Shown: one piece after another, positions 9,375 to 21,191 of the stretch
Layout: every line of letters begins with the position of its first letter
How positions within the stretch are numbered: position 1 is the first letter of the stretch
DNA from: an uncultured Planctomycetota bacterium
GTDB taxonomy: Bacteria > Planctomycetota > Planctomycetia > Isosphaerales > Isosphaeraceae
NCBI GenBank assembly: GCA_963823665.1
Contig: CAWGMQ010000004.1
Location: forward strand, 352,001 to 416,000
Direction of reading: 5' to 3'
Length of the DNA: 64,000 nt
Notes under the pieces: generated by a model
The model's database searches: none
What the model was told of the DNA's origin: nothing
What the model saw: only the letters and a program-made list of their open reading frames with translations
Position numbers and translations under genes: made by a program

Positions 9375-12260
9375 ATGTTCGCCCAGACGATTCGCACGCT
9401 CTTCGAGGTGGGAACGGCCGGAATGCTGACGGACGGCCAGTTACTCGAGCGATTCGCGTCGCGAGCAGGCGAATCCGCCGAGGCCGCGTTCGCAGCGCTC
9501 GTGGCCCGGCATGGCCCGATGGTCTTGTGCGTGTGCCGCGGGGTTCTAGGCGACGCGCACGACGCCGAGGATGCGTTTCAGGCCACATTTCTCGTGCTCG
9601 CCGAAACGCGCCGGCTCGATCCGCGATCCCGATCTGCTGGGCAACTGGCTCTACGGCGTCGCTCGCCGGACTGCCCAGAAGGCGAAAGCCCGCCGGGCGA
9701 GATGGATGGGCCGTACCGAAGGGGACGCGACGATGTCATCGATTGCTGGCGTTCCGATCCTGGCCGAGCTTCGACCGATCCAGGGCGAAGAAAGCGCGGC
9801 CTTGCACGAAGAGGTCGATCGCCTCCCGCACCGGCTCCGAGTCCCCATCGTCCTCTGCTACCTGGAGGGCTTGACCCATGCCGAAGCCGCCCGGCGCCTG
9901 CGGTGGCCGATCGGCACGGTCCGCAGCCGGATGGCCCGGGCGCGCGGCCTCCTCAGGAGCCGGCTCGCGCGCCGCGGCCTGGCGTACGCCGGCTTCGTCA
10001 TCGCGAGCGAATCCTCGCGCGCCGTCGTGGCGGAAGTGCCGCGGGCCCTGGCAGCTCGGACCACGCGGTCCGCGATCGAGGTCGCCGCCGGCGCTGCGAC
10101 GGGGTTCGTCTCGACGCCCGTTGCATCGTTGGTGACCGACGTTCTCAAGGCCATATTCACAAGCCAGCTCAAACGAACCGCGGCCACGCTCGTTGCCGCC
10201 GCTTGCCTTGCCGCTTGTGTGGAGATGATCGCAGCGAGGGCGTTGCAGGCCCAGCCTTCAAACAAGCAAAGCAGTGCCTTGGCAACCCGGGCCGCTGATG
10301 AGCAGCAGACGGAACGTGACCGCCATCAAGAAGCGCCGCCGCCCGCCGGCAAGGCCGAGCCAAAGATGACAGTAACGGGCGCCGTGCTCGACCCGGCCGG
10401 GAAGCCGGTCTCCGGCGCCGCCGTGGCGATTTTCGGCTTCCCGCGCAGGGGCGCTGGGGTGGGGACTATTCGGGCGCTCACCCTGTCCTCGGACAGACCA
10501 AAGCTGATCGCACAGGCCGCTTTCGTATGACCGTGCCGCGCACCTCGTCCGAAGCGTTCTTCGACCTCGACGTGATTGCCGGAGCAACAGGCTTTGGCAT
10601 GGGCTGGCAACCGCTCAACCCAGACGCCGAATCACCGGAGGTCGAAATTCGCCTTCGACCCGAGCAGGCTGTCCACGGGCGGCTCGTCGACTTGCGCGGA
10701 CAGCCCGCGGCCGGGATCGCGGTTTCGGTCGTCCAGCTCGCGACCCAGACCGATGGCGATCGGGACGGCGTTGGCATTCGAGAACCTTCTGAGAATCTCA
10801 CGCCTTGGCCCGCGACGGTCAAGACCGATGAACGAGGCCGCTTTCAGATCCGTGGCGTGGGCCGGGGCCTGGCGCTGGCTGTTCACATCCGCGACGAACG
10901 ATTTGCGCGGCAGGAAATCTCGATCGAGCCGCAGGCCCCCGCCGACACCGAAGGAAAAGTCTACGTGCTGACCGCTGCACACCCGATTGATGGCCGCGTG
11001 ACTTACGCCGATACGGGAGCGCCCGTGCCCCACGCACCCATGGCCGCTCAAGGCGGCCATTACATCAGCGATCAGGCTGACGCCCAGGGCCGGTTCCGGC
11101 TCAACCCATACGCAGACACCGTCTACACATCGATGACAACCGGCGAGGCGCTTTTCACCGTCTACGCCTATGCACCCGACGGCCAGCCCTACCTGGGCGT
11201 GCAAAAGGAGATCACGTGGACCAAGGGCTCGGTGCGCCAGACGGTCGATTTCGCTCTGCCGCGCGGCGTGCTGGTTCGTGGAAAGGTCACGGAAGCAGGC
11301 TCCGGCAAGCCCGTCGAAGGCTGCCAGATTCTCTACCAGCCCCTTCACCGGCCGGAGTTTGAGCCGACGGAAGCCATCCTCACCGGCGAGTGGTCAACGG
11401 TCATCAGTCGCAAGGATGGCACCTATTCGATCCCGGTCCCTGCCGGCCCGGGGCATCTCATCGCCACCAAGGCCTCACCCGAGTACATCTTGTCGGAATA
11501 TGGCTCGCAGACGCTCGATGGTCGCGCAGGCGGCCATCGCAAGTACGCCCAGGCACTCGTGCGGATTGACGCCCCGAAGGGGAACGACCCGGTTGAAGTC
11601 GCGATCGCGCTTCGTCGTGGCGTCACGCTCACGGGCAAGGTCGTCGGTCCCGACGACAAGCCTGTTGCCGAGGGCGCGATCATCACTCGTTTCAACGTAT
11701 CGGCCCAGTCGGTGCGCTGGGGCGGATACCGGATCCCCGTGCGCGATGGCCGATTCGTGTTGCCGGGTCTCGACCCCGAGCGCGTCTATTCGCTGCTTGT
11801 GCATGACGCGAAGCAGCTCTGGGGCGCCGCGATCGAAGTCTCGGCCAGGGCAAACGGAAACGAGCCGATGACGATCCGCCTGGCGCCGAGCGGAAAAATC
11901 AAGATTCGGCTCGTCGATTCAGCCGGCAAGCCGGTCGCCGGCTACCGGGCGGCGCTCCAGTTCGTGTTGACCGCAGGACGATTCCAGTGCGACTTCGACG
12001 GCAACATGCGCGGCGAGGACCTGGCCGCCGACGCCGGCCCCGGCCTGGGCTACACCAGTTACTCGGGTGGTCCACCCACAGACAATGACGGACGGGCCAC
12101 GTTCTCCGGGTTGATCCCGGGCGCGACGTATCGCCTCCTCACCACCGACAGAAACAACATTTCGATTGATTCGAAGGTCTTGAAGGATTTCCAGATCGGG
12201 CCGGGCCAGACGCTCGAGCTGCCGCCTCTCACGATTGAAAGAGACGACCAGGCAAATTGA
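9375..12260 (+). CDS. ECF sigma factor fused to TM segment and long carboxypeptidase-regulatory-like (beta-sandwich) extension (frameshifts near 9605 and 10455)
   Basis: TDGQLLERF...AFAALVARHGPMV...AEDAFQATFLVL, WLYGVA.R, region 4 LCYLEGLTHAEAA..L.WPIGTVRSR; the shifted frame GQTKADRTGRFRMTVP joins ORF 10527-12260, which has repeated G.V.D..GKPV.GA units. Confidence 0.85.
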
Positions 12261-12523
12261 AGAACGGCCCGCCAAGCACGGTTCGTGAACCGCTCAAGGC
12301 ACGAAAACATTCGCCGGCAATCCGTTGGGGGGCATGACGAGCGACTCGGCCTTACCATCTGGGAACCGCTCGGCCGCCTTCGCCGGCGGTGCAGGTCCGC
12401 GGCGAATGCTCGATTGTGTCCGCCTCACCTTTTCACTATCCTCGAATGGGGTGCTCGAGATGTTGTACGCTTGGATCTTTGCGCCCGAGTGAACAATCGC
12501 TGATCGCGTGTGAGGATCAAGCA

Positions 12524-12808
12524 ATGGCCACGGCGGAAACGATTCGCGAGGTGCAACGCAGTCAACCTTTTCGGCCGTTTCGGCTGCGTCTAATCGATGG
12601 CACTGAATACGAAGTCGCGCACCCGGATTGGATTGCGATCCCGCCGGTGCGCTGCGCGAGGGAAGTACTTTTGTTCTTCGCCGGCGATAATGATGATGCC
12701 GAACACGAGAGACGCTGGATCGACGTGGGATTGATCTCGGAAATCATCGTTCCGCCTATGCCGCCGACCGCGCCGCGCCGCGGCTCGGAACCGAACGGAC
12801 CTGACTGA
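12524..12808 (+). CDS. Small conserved-type hypothetical protein
   Basis: GAGGA SD; MATAETIREVQRSQPFRPFRLRLIDGTEYEVAHPDW, a 'PF.PF...DG..Y.V.HP' pattern seen in small Planctomycete proteins. Confidence 0.75.
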   Translation: MATAETIREVQRSQPFRPFRLRLIDGTEYEVAHPDWIAIPPVRCAREVLLFFAGDNDDAEHERRWIDVGLISEIIVPPMPPTAPRRGSEPNGPD

Positions 12809-12858
12809 GTCGCCGCTGCGACGGCCGTTCGTGTTCCTGGGCGCGCGAGGCTGGACTG

Positions 12859-13242
12859 ATGAAAATCACTGGTTGCTTTCCACGGAGCCCGATCCGGAGC
12901 CGGGGCCGCGCACGCGCGTTCTGGGGCGGCTTCGTAGGGTTGGGTGTCGTCGCAGCGCTCTCGTGCTGCTACGGGCTGTTTGTTGAGGACGAGTCCTTGG
13001 TCGGTTCCCTGTGGAACGAGTATCTCGACTTCATCCACGTTGCCGTCACACGATTCGCGCTCACGCTCCGACCAGACCCGACTGCCACATACTTCGTTCT
13101 CGTGCAGTCAGCCGAGGTGGCGCTCATCATTTTCCTGCCCCAGTTGGCAGTCGCCCTGTCCGGCGGGTTGGTCGCCTTTCTGCTCGGCTCGCTCACGCAG
13201 CTCTTTCGCCAGCGCCCGGCTTTCCAGCCGGTCCCGGGGTGA
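12859..13242 (+). CDS. Putative two-TM membrane protein
   Basis: GAGG upstream; hydrophobic segments AFWGGFVGLGVVAALSCCYGLF and VALIIFLPQLAVALSGGLVAFLLG. Confidence 0.5.
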   Translation: MKITGCFPRSPIRSRGRARAFWGGFVGLGVVAALSCCYGLFVEDESLVGSLWNEYLDFIHVAVTRFALTLRPDPTATYFVLVQSAEVALIIFLPQLAVALSGGLVAFLLGSLTQLFRQRPAFQPVPG

Positions 13243-13550
13243 GATGCTGAACATCCGACAATCCAAGCTCGAACAACTGGGCATTTTAGGAAGACTAGCG
13301 AGCGTCGCCACCGGATAACAGGGTTTACATCTTCTTGAAACTCGCCCCATCCGCTACAGAACTCAAGGTCGCTCGTACCAAAATCCGATGAGATTCAAGA
13401 GATAGCGGCCCAAGCCGCATCGCGAGAATTTGTGAAATAGCGTAGGATCCCGCGGCACTTCGACAGGTGGCCGCGGCGAATGGTTGGACGCCACAAAGCA
13501 TGCCCGGCCGGATGGAGCGAGATCATCCCAGGATGGGGAGATCGGGACCG

Positions 13551-16500
13551 ATGGCGCACCGCAGGGGGGCGATCTGGACCGAGCGATTGCTCCTCGGGCT
13601 GATCCTTGTCAGCCTCGTCGGGACGCTCAATCTCCTCCTGGCGATCCATCGCCGGGCGGCGGCGGAGCGCCGCGAGGCGGTTCCGGAGAAACCGGCGGTC
13701 GCGAAGACCGCCGATCCAGGCCCGGCGCCCGAGCCCAGCGCGCCGGTCGAGAGCCCGGCCGTCACCGAGCAGCCCGCCCCCCCGCCAGCACCCCCCGAAG
13801 AAGACCCCACGCAAAAAGCGATCGCCGCGCTGGCGACTGCGAAGGCAAAGAGAGCTCGCGGCCGCCCAGGCCGCCGACGGGCGCGCCAGTGCGATGGAAG
13901 GCGCGTACCGGTCGGCCGTCGCCGAATCCGATCGCTGGAAGCGGCGGGAGATGCTCGTTCGCCAGCAGATCGCCGGCATCAACTCCCAGGCTGAGAAACT
14001 GGAGCGCGACGCCGACGCGCTCGACGCCGAACGGGATGTTCTGGAACACGAGCGCGACTCCACCAAGGCCGCCCTCGCCAAGGCAAGCAAGCGGTCCGGC
14101 TTCTCTGTGCTTCCCTACAAGGGCCCGAACGGCACCTGGCGCAGGCCGATCGTGATCGAATGCACGCGCGGCGGCGCGAATCTCCAGCCACACGGGCCGA
14201 CATTCACCGCGCTCGAGCTTTCGCCGCGCATCAATCCCAAATCGAGCACGTTCATCCGGGCCATCGCCCGCGAGCTCTTCACATCCACTCCGCCGATACG
14301 CCCGACGGCACTCCGGCAGTTCCCTATATCGTTTTCCTGGTCCGCCCCGACGGCATCGCACCGTACTACCTTGCCCGTACGTGCCTCGAGCCTCTCGGAA
14401 TCGCGTTCGGCTACGAGCTCGTCGAACAGAACCTCGCAGTCAACATACCTGACTTCGACGATCTGACGACCTGGGATGGAACCGTTCCGCTTGATCTTCC
14501 GCTCGAGGCGGCGCCGGCGAGCGCACCAATCTCCCGGCGCCTGGCACAAGCGAATCAGGCAAATGATCAGAGTCGAACGGCTCTGGCCGGCTTGCCGCCC
14601 GGAGACCAGGGCTCGATGATCGGAGCGATCGACGAAAACGGAGCAGGGGGAGGACGCGGCCGAGGAGGGCAGGGGCTCGCATCCTCCGGCAGCTCGCAGC
14701 CGCAGGACTTCGTCTGGCCCGGCCGCGGGCCACGGGCCGGCCCGGCCGGCGGACGTTCTGCCGGTGCCCCCGGCGCCGGTGAACCGGGAAGCCAGCTCGG
14801 CCAAGGTGATTCCGCCCATCCGTCATCAGATCGAGGTGCCGGCGGGAACGAACCGGACAGACGCGCAGGTGCTCTCGAACCCCTCCCTGGTCAGGGCCTC
14901 GCAAACGCCGACCAGGGCGCACTCGGCGGCCGCGCAGGAAAGAACGACACGACGAAAGCCGGCGGCATTGATGCGGGCGGCTCGGGCGGCCTTGCCATCG
15001 CGTCGAGCGGCGGCCGAGGATCTGGCGATCAGCAGGATGGCGGCGGCTCATTCACCGTCGGTTCGGGCACGGGCCGAGGATTCGGCGATCAAACCGGCAG
15101 CTCGGGCACAGGCATCTCCGCGGGCGCGGTCAATGGGGAGGACGTCGGAACAGGCGCAGTGCGAACCCCGCTGATCAACCATTTCCCGTGAGCGGCGGCA
15201 TGGGCGGGCTCGGCACTGGTGAAAGCGGCCTCAGCACTGCCGGAAGCGGGCCCGGCACTGGCGGAAACGGGCTTGCGCCTGGACACGCCTTTGCCTCTGG
15301 TGGAAGCGAACCCGGCGGTGGATCTGGAGGCGCCGATGGAATGCCTCAGGTGCCGGCATTCGAGCCTGCCGGTGATCGGGCGGGACAATCAGCATCCGTG
15401 GGCGGGCCGGGACTGCTTTCGCGCCGAGGATCGAACGGCAGCACATCCGCCGGCGCTCAAGCACCGGCCTTCGGTCTAGGTCAGTCGATCAAGGGCTCCT
15501 CTGCGCCAGAGGGCGACAATGCTGCAAGTGGAACCGCTGGAATCCTCCCGCAGTCCGGCGGAGCCATGTCCAGCGGCGTGGGTGCCTCCGGACTGATCGC
15601 ACGAGGCTCGGGCGCGGGCCAGGGCAATGCCGGCACCGCGGGCACGGGCGATCCGGGTTCCGATGGTGGGTCAGGCTTGCAATCGAACGGCGGTGCCGCC
15701 GAGTCGGCCGATGCGCCAAACTCGAAATCGACCGGCAACGGCGGGGGAGCCATGGGCACCGGCACGGGTCAAGGCCCGGGCCGCGGCTTCGACTGGAAGG
15801 ATGCCGTACAGGACGGCCCGCCACCGGCTGGGTCGGAAACACCTCAGTCCGATCAGGCGCTTGGCCAGGATCTGTCGGGGACAGACACCGGCCCTCAAAC
15901 AACTGCGGCTGCCGCCCGCGCAAATGTTGCGGCCGGCGGGGCGCTCAATCGATCGAGCGTGCCGGCAAACGCACAACTCGATCCGGCACTGAGCGCGTAC
16001 CAGGCAGGCCAGTACTCGCAGGACGACATTGAACGAGCCAAGAGTTTGGCCGGCCAATTTTCGCAGGACGACATCGAACGAGCCAAGAGCTTGGCCGGCC
16101 AGTACTCGCAGGACGACATCGAACGAGCCAAGAGCTTGAGCGGCCTGAGCTCGTTCGTGAGCCCCGGCCTGGCCCAGAAGCTCGCCGGCGCGGCTTCGGC
16201 ATTCGGTTCCCCGTCGGGGCTGCCCTCGAGCTCGTCACCGAACGATTCGCCCCCCGATCTCCAGTCAGGGGGAATGCCTTCAAGCACATCTTCAAGCAAT
16301 AACAGCTCGAACAATCAGTCCGGCGGAATGCCGCTGGGGGGCAATACGCAATCCAGCATGTCGTCCTCCCCGTCGTCGATCAACTCGTTCGGCGTGAATA
16401 CGAGCCCGAGCTCGAACTCCGACGATGCAAACGCAATGATCATGCCGCCCCGGAAAAAGGAGACCATGCCGACCGGAGCGATCGAGGCGAAATTCGAGAT

Positions 16501-16816
16501 CGTGGTGGTATGCCGGAAGGACGACCTCGTGCTTCAGCCGGGAGCTTATCGCGTCACCGGCGACGTGCTCCGAAGCGCCGGTCAGGGCTCGGACTACATT
16601 CTCGCCCGTGAGATTCGCGCCATGGTTCGAAACCGGGCGATGGTCGACCCGCTCATCCACCAGAAGCCGGCGCTGCGGTTCCTCGTCGAGCAGCAGGGCG
16701 CCGAGACATTTGCGCTGGCTCGGCGGCAGCTTCTCTTCTCGCTGCCAGACTGGCCGGTTGCGCTCCAGGTTGCAGGATCGCAGGACGCGGGTATCTTCAG
16801 CAGGAATCCGTGGTGA
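13551..16816 (+). CDS. Large membrane-anchored protein: TM, coiled coil, globular domain, Gly/Ser-rich linker, second related domain (about 3 frameshifts)
   Basis: Fragments 13467/13606/14160/15188 join near 13845, 14278 and ~15160; motifs LPYKGPNGTWRRPIVIEC, VFLVRPDG and C-terminal EIVVVCRKDDLVLQPG...LRFLVEQQG. The last junction is the least certain. Confidence 0.65.
16004..16138 (+). repeat. 45-bp tandem repeat, three copies (AGQ(Y/F)SQDDIERAKSL)
   Basis: Near-identical GCxGGCCAxTxxTCGCAGGACGACATxGAACGAGCCAAGAGxTTG units, in frame. Confidence 0.92.
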
Positions 16817-17980
16817 TGAAACCAGAGCGACGAGATTCCGGTGGCGTGCGTTCCGGGCCCGGCGATCGACTGCCGGTCGAGCGCGAGCCAGCGCGCCATT
16901 CCCGGCGGCGAGCGCACGACCAGGAGCCGTCCCCGCGGGGCGCTCGATAGCGCAAGTTGCGAGTGTTCTGGCCTGCGTGGCGGTGATTACCCTTTACGTG
17001 CAACTTGGCGCCCGCCGCAAAGCGAAACCACACGCACCCGTTGCCCCGGCGGCCGCTTCCGTTGTCACGTCGCCGCAACAAGAGAAGAGCGAGGCCGTGC
17101 CGAGCCCGGCCGCCGTGGCGGTTGTTGAGCCGCCTCCCGCGCCCAAGGAAATCGACCGTGCTGCCGTGGCGCAGGCCGAAGCCGAGCTCGACGCGGCCAG
17201 CCGCGACCGTGCGCGGGCGGACGAGCGCACTGCGGCGTCAGCCAGGCGTCTTAGCCAGGCGACCACCCAGGCCGCCCTCGACGCAGCGCGGCGCGCAAGC
17301 TGGCATTCCTGGTGCGCGACCCGTCGACGCGAATCACCCAGGCTTCGACCCGAGGCGGCTTTCTGCGGGGCGAGCGCGACAAGGTCCAGAAGGAGATCTC
17401 AAGCCTCCGGCAGCTCCCGAGGCCCAAGTCGGTCTCGATCCTGAGCAAGGCGCCGGTCGCCAGGCCCGCCTCGGGCAACGAGTATCATTTCGAGCTGCGC
17501 CGGAATCGCATCACATTCATCGATCTGAACCGGCTGATGGAATTGACCCGCGCCGACGCCCAGATCCGCGTCCGCATGTCGGACCGCTCGCCGGCCGTCA
17601 GCAACAAGGTCGGCCCGGTCGGGGCGTTCTCGCTCGAATATGAGCTGGTCCGCGCCGTGCCCGGAAGCATGGAAGAGCTGATCGAGCGCAAGAACATCCG
17701 CTACGAGCTCAGCGGCTGGGAGCTCGTTCCCGAATCGGCTACCCGCGGTGAAACGTACGAGTCGACCCGTAACCCCCTCTCGGAGTTCTCCCGCACGATC
17801 AGCCTGTTGAGCCCCGAGCGATCAACGATCACGTTGTGGGTCTACCCCGATAGCTTCACGCTCTTCCGCCAGATCCGGAACGACCTCACGGAGCACGGCT
17901 TCACCATCGCCGCCCGACCCCTGCCGGAAGCCATGACAATTCGCGGCAGCCCAATGGGAACGCAGTCGGCGGCGCAGTGA
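16816..17980 (+). CDS. Membrane-anchored coiled-coil protein with C-terminal globular domain (frameshifts near 16940 and 17290)
   Basis: TGATG coupling to the previous gene; [20 protein letters not shown]-terminal [16 protein letters not shown]...[15 protein letters not shown]...GF..AARPLP...GS..G..S.AQ. Confidence 0.7.
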
Positions 17981-17992
17981 TCCCCTCCCTGC

Positions 17993-19271
17993 TCACTCCG
18001 TCCGAAGCGCCTCGACCGGGTCGAGCATCGCAGCTCGGCGCGGGATACACCCCGAAGACGATGCCGATCGTCACGGCGATCAGGAAGGCGATGATCGGCG
18101 ACCACGGGCGAATCACCACCGGCATGCCCGATAGGTACGACACCAGGGGCGGGGCGCCGACGCCCAGGAGAACACCGATCAGACCGCCGGAAGACGACAT
18201 CACGGTCGTCTCGATCAGGAACTGCTCGATGATGTCGCGGCGGCGAGCGCCCAGGGCCCGGCGGATGCCGATCTCGCGGGTGCGCTCCGAAACCGTCGCC
18301 AGCATGATATTCATGATGCCGATGCCGCCGACCAGGAGCGAGATGCTCGCGATCGAGCCCAGCACGAGGTTGAAAATCCGCTGCGTCGCCGCGGCCTTTT
18401 CCAGCAGCTCGAGCGGCACCGTGATCACGTAGTCCTTCTTGGTGTGGAACTGGCCCAGCAGGCTCTCGAGTGCCGTCGCTGTCTTCTTCACGTCGTCCAT
18501 CGAATCCACGGTCACCGTCACTTGCGAGAGCTCGATCTTCTCGGCCGTGAAGCTACCCTGCTTCTCGCTCTCGATCACGTCGCCGAATCGCGCCCTGTTG
18601 GTCGTCAGTGGAATGTAGATGTCGCGGTTGAAATCCTGAGCGGCCAGGCTGCTGCCGGTTCCGGACGACGGGGCCTTGAACGAAGTCACGCCGACAACGC
18701 GAAAGTAATGATCCTCACCGACTCGCACCGTCTTGCCCACCGGGTCGCCATAGGCGAAAAGCTTCTCGGCTGCCTGCGAACCGAGAACGGCCACATTCGC
18801 CCGGGTGAACAAATCCGCGTCCGTCAGAAACCGCCCGTCTTCGGTGTGCTGGCCCGTCATCTTCAAGAAATCGGCGTCGACCCCGACGATTCTTCCCTCG
18901 ATCTCCCGATCGAGACGCCGCACCTTCTGGACGAATTCCCGCACGGGAGTGACGTTCACGACCGAGGGGATCGTCATGATGCGCCGGTAGTCGGCGTAAG
19001 TGACGCCGAAGGAGAGAATAAACCCTTGATTGTTCTGCTGCTTGGTCGGGTTCTCGTCGTTGGGCGGCTTGTTGCTCCGGACGATGATGTTGGTCGCGCC
19101 GAGCGAGGCAATCTGCCGCTGGGCCTCGAGGCTCGCTCCTTCGGCGATCGCCAGCATGGCGATCACGGACCCCACGCCGAAGATCAATCCCAGAATGGTC
19201 AGCAGCACGCGCAGCTTGTGCAGCGAGAGGTTGCGGACAGCCAGCAGCACGGTGGTATAGAAACGATGCAT
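17993..19271 (-). CDS. MacB/FtsX-type ABC transporter permease (frameshift near 18045)
   Basis: [55 protein letters not shown]; corrected end [19 protein letters not shown]. Confidence 0.92.
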
Positions 19272-19316
19272 GACACCAGATCCCGATTGTAGCAATCGCG
19301 CTTCGAGTGAGCAGGC

Positions 19317-21191
19317 TCATTTTGCCGCGGGGCTGGTCGCGGAACCCGAGGTTTGCGTCCCTGGCAGCTTGGCGTCGATGCCCTCCTTCTGATCGTCGAG
19401 CTTGAACTCGGCGACGGCCCGCAGCCGGGCGTCGAGCGCCACGCGATCGCCCTCAGCGAGCCCCTCGAGAACTTGGACGTGCGTCTCGTTGTTGTCGCCG
19501 ATCTTCACTTTCTGAAGTTTGATCTGGCTGCCTCTGGCGACGAACGCGAAGAACTCGCCCTTGTGCTCGGCGACCGCCTGCACCGGCACCACCAGCACGT
19601 TTTCAAGCACACCGACCAGGACCTTGGCCTCGGCGGTCATCCCCGGCTTGACTTCCTGTGACTTGAGGTCGTTGAGCTTGACGACCGTCGGGTACTGCTT
19701 GACGCCGCCGTTCATCCAGGGGCGGGTCGAGTCGGCGAGCTGAGACACATTCGTGACCGTGCCTTCGAAGACGACGCCCGGGAATGATTCGATGCGGATC
19801 TCGCACTTCTGCCCGACCTTGATCTTCTTGATCAGCGATTCGTGAATGTTGAGCTTCACCTGCATCTTGGTCATGTCGGGAAGAGTGAAGACTCGCTGAA
19901 GCGAATAGACGGTCGCCCCTTCGCGGATCTGGCGGCTCGAGTCGTACCAGGCGTCGTTGGCATAGGCGACGACGCCGTCCTGGCCGGCGCGGATGACTGT
20001 CTTGTCTTTCTGTTTGATGAACTCCTTCATCTGCTGCTGCTCGATATCCGCGGTGGCCTTGGCCGATTCATTTTCGCTCGTAGCCTTGGACATCTGCGCC
20101 TTCAAGGTGGCCACGGCCTGCTCGATCTTTTTCGAGGCCTGGTCGGCCTTCGAGCTGTACTCGGTGGTCTTCTTCTTGTAGTCGTATTTCTGCTTCACCT
20201 CCAGCTCGAGCTTGGCACTTTCATACGAGAGCTCGGTCTGCGCAACAGCCGATTCTTGAATGGTCACCATCTCCTGGGCCTTCAGGCCCTTCTTGAAGAG
20301 CTGCTTGTATTGATCGAGCTTGTTCTTGGCCTCCCGGAGATCCTTCTCCTTGAGCCGGATCTCCCCCTTCTGCTTGGTCGTTTCGGCCTTGTAGTCGCCT
20401 TCCACGTACTTTTCCAGGTCGAGCTTCGCCAGCGTCATCTCGACCTTGGCGGCGATGATGTCGCTTTCTCCCTTGTTGCGCTGGATCTCCAGTTCCTGCT
20501 GGGAGGTTTCGATCTTGGCGATGGCCTGCTTGGCCTTGATGTCCTGCAGGGAGAGGTTCTTGTCGATTTCGGAGGAATCAAACTTGCAGACGACGTCGCC
20601 CTTCTTCACCTTGGTGCCCTCGGGAACCAGACTGATGATCTTGATCTGCTGGGCGTTGACCTCGCATATGCCGTCGACGGTCACGCAGCTCTCGAGGTTG
20701 CCGCGCTCGGTGACGGTGATCGTCAGCGTGGCCTTTCGCACTTCGGAGAAGAGCGGCTCGCTCTCACTCGAAGAGCTCTTCCACGGGATCATGGAGCCCA
20801 GGTAGGCCATGACGCCAAGCAGCGCCACGCCGCAGATCAAACCGAGCATCCGCTTGGCCAGCCCGGATGGTCTACGGAGCCGCCCGCGGCGCGGCGAAGG
20901 GACCGGGAGCGGCCGGTGGTGCTGCGGGGACAGGGACTCCGGGTCGATCAGGTGCGGCTGCGCCTCCCCCTGCCGGGACTGGTGTGATGTCTGGGTCGTC
21001 TTCGAGAGGGGCCCTTCCTGCGTCGGGAGGCTGGTTGGGTTTCCCGCCGGGCTCGACGTCGATGTAGAACGTGCTGTCGGAAGGAACTCCGCGCGAGAGG
21101 TCGGGGATTCGTGCGGGAATGGTGAGGCTGAAGGCGGGTGCGGATTGGGCATGTCGAAGGGCGATGTCGATGGCGGTCGGGTCGTTTTCAT
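19317..21191 (-). CDS. Efflux periplasmic adaptor (MacA/HlyD-like); start is either 21191 or 20849
   Basis: TM anchor, LVPEGTKVKKGDVVCKFD lipoyl half, long coiled coil, A.QDGVV.Y, VKPGMTA, VLEGL.EGD.V. Confidence 0.88.
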   Translation of the reverse strand: MKTTRPPSTSPFDMPNPHPPSASPFPHESPTSRAEFLPTARSTSTSSPAGNPTSLPTQEGPLSKTTQTSHQSRQGEAQPHLIDPESLSPQHHRPLPVPSPRRGRLRRPSGLAKRMLGLICGVALLGVMAYLGSMIPWKSSSSESEPLFSEVRKATLTITVTERGNLESCVTVDGICEVNAQQIKIISLVPEGTKVKKGDVVCKFDSSEIDKNLSLQDIKAKQAIAKIETSQQELEIQRNKGESDIIAAKVEMTLAKLDLEKYVEGDYKAETTKQKGEIRLKEKDLREAKNKLDQYKQLFKKGLKAQEMVTIQESAVAQTELSYESAKLELEVKQKYDYKKKTTEYSSKADQASKKIEQAVATLKAQMSKATSENESAKATADIEQQQMKEFIKQKDKTVIRAGQDGVVAYANDAWYDSSRQIREGATVYSLQRVFTLPDMTKMQVKLNIHESLIKKIKVGQKCEIRIESFPGVVFEGTVTNVSQLADSTRPWMNGGVKQYPTVVKLNDLKSQEVKPGMTAEAKVLVGVLENVLVVPVQAVAEHKGEFFAFVARGSQIKLQKVKIGDNNETHVQVLEGLAEGDRVALDARLRAVAEFKLDDQKEGIDAKLPGTQTSGSATSPAAK

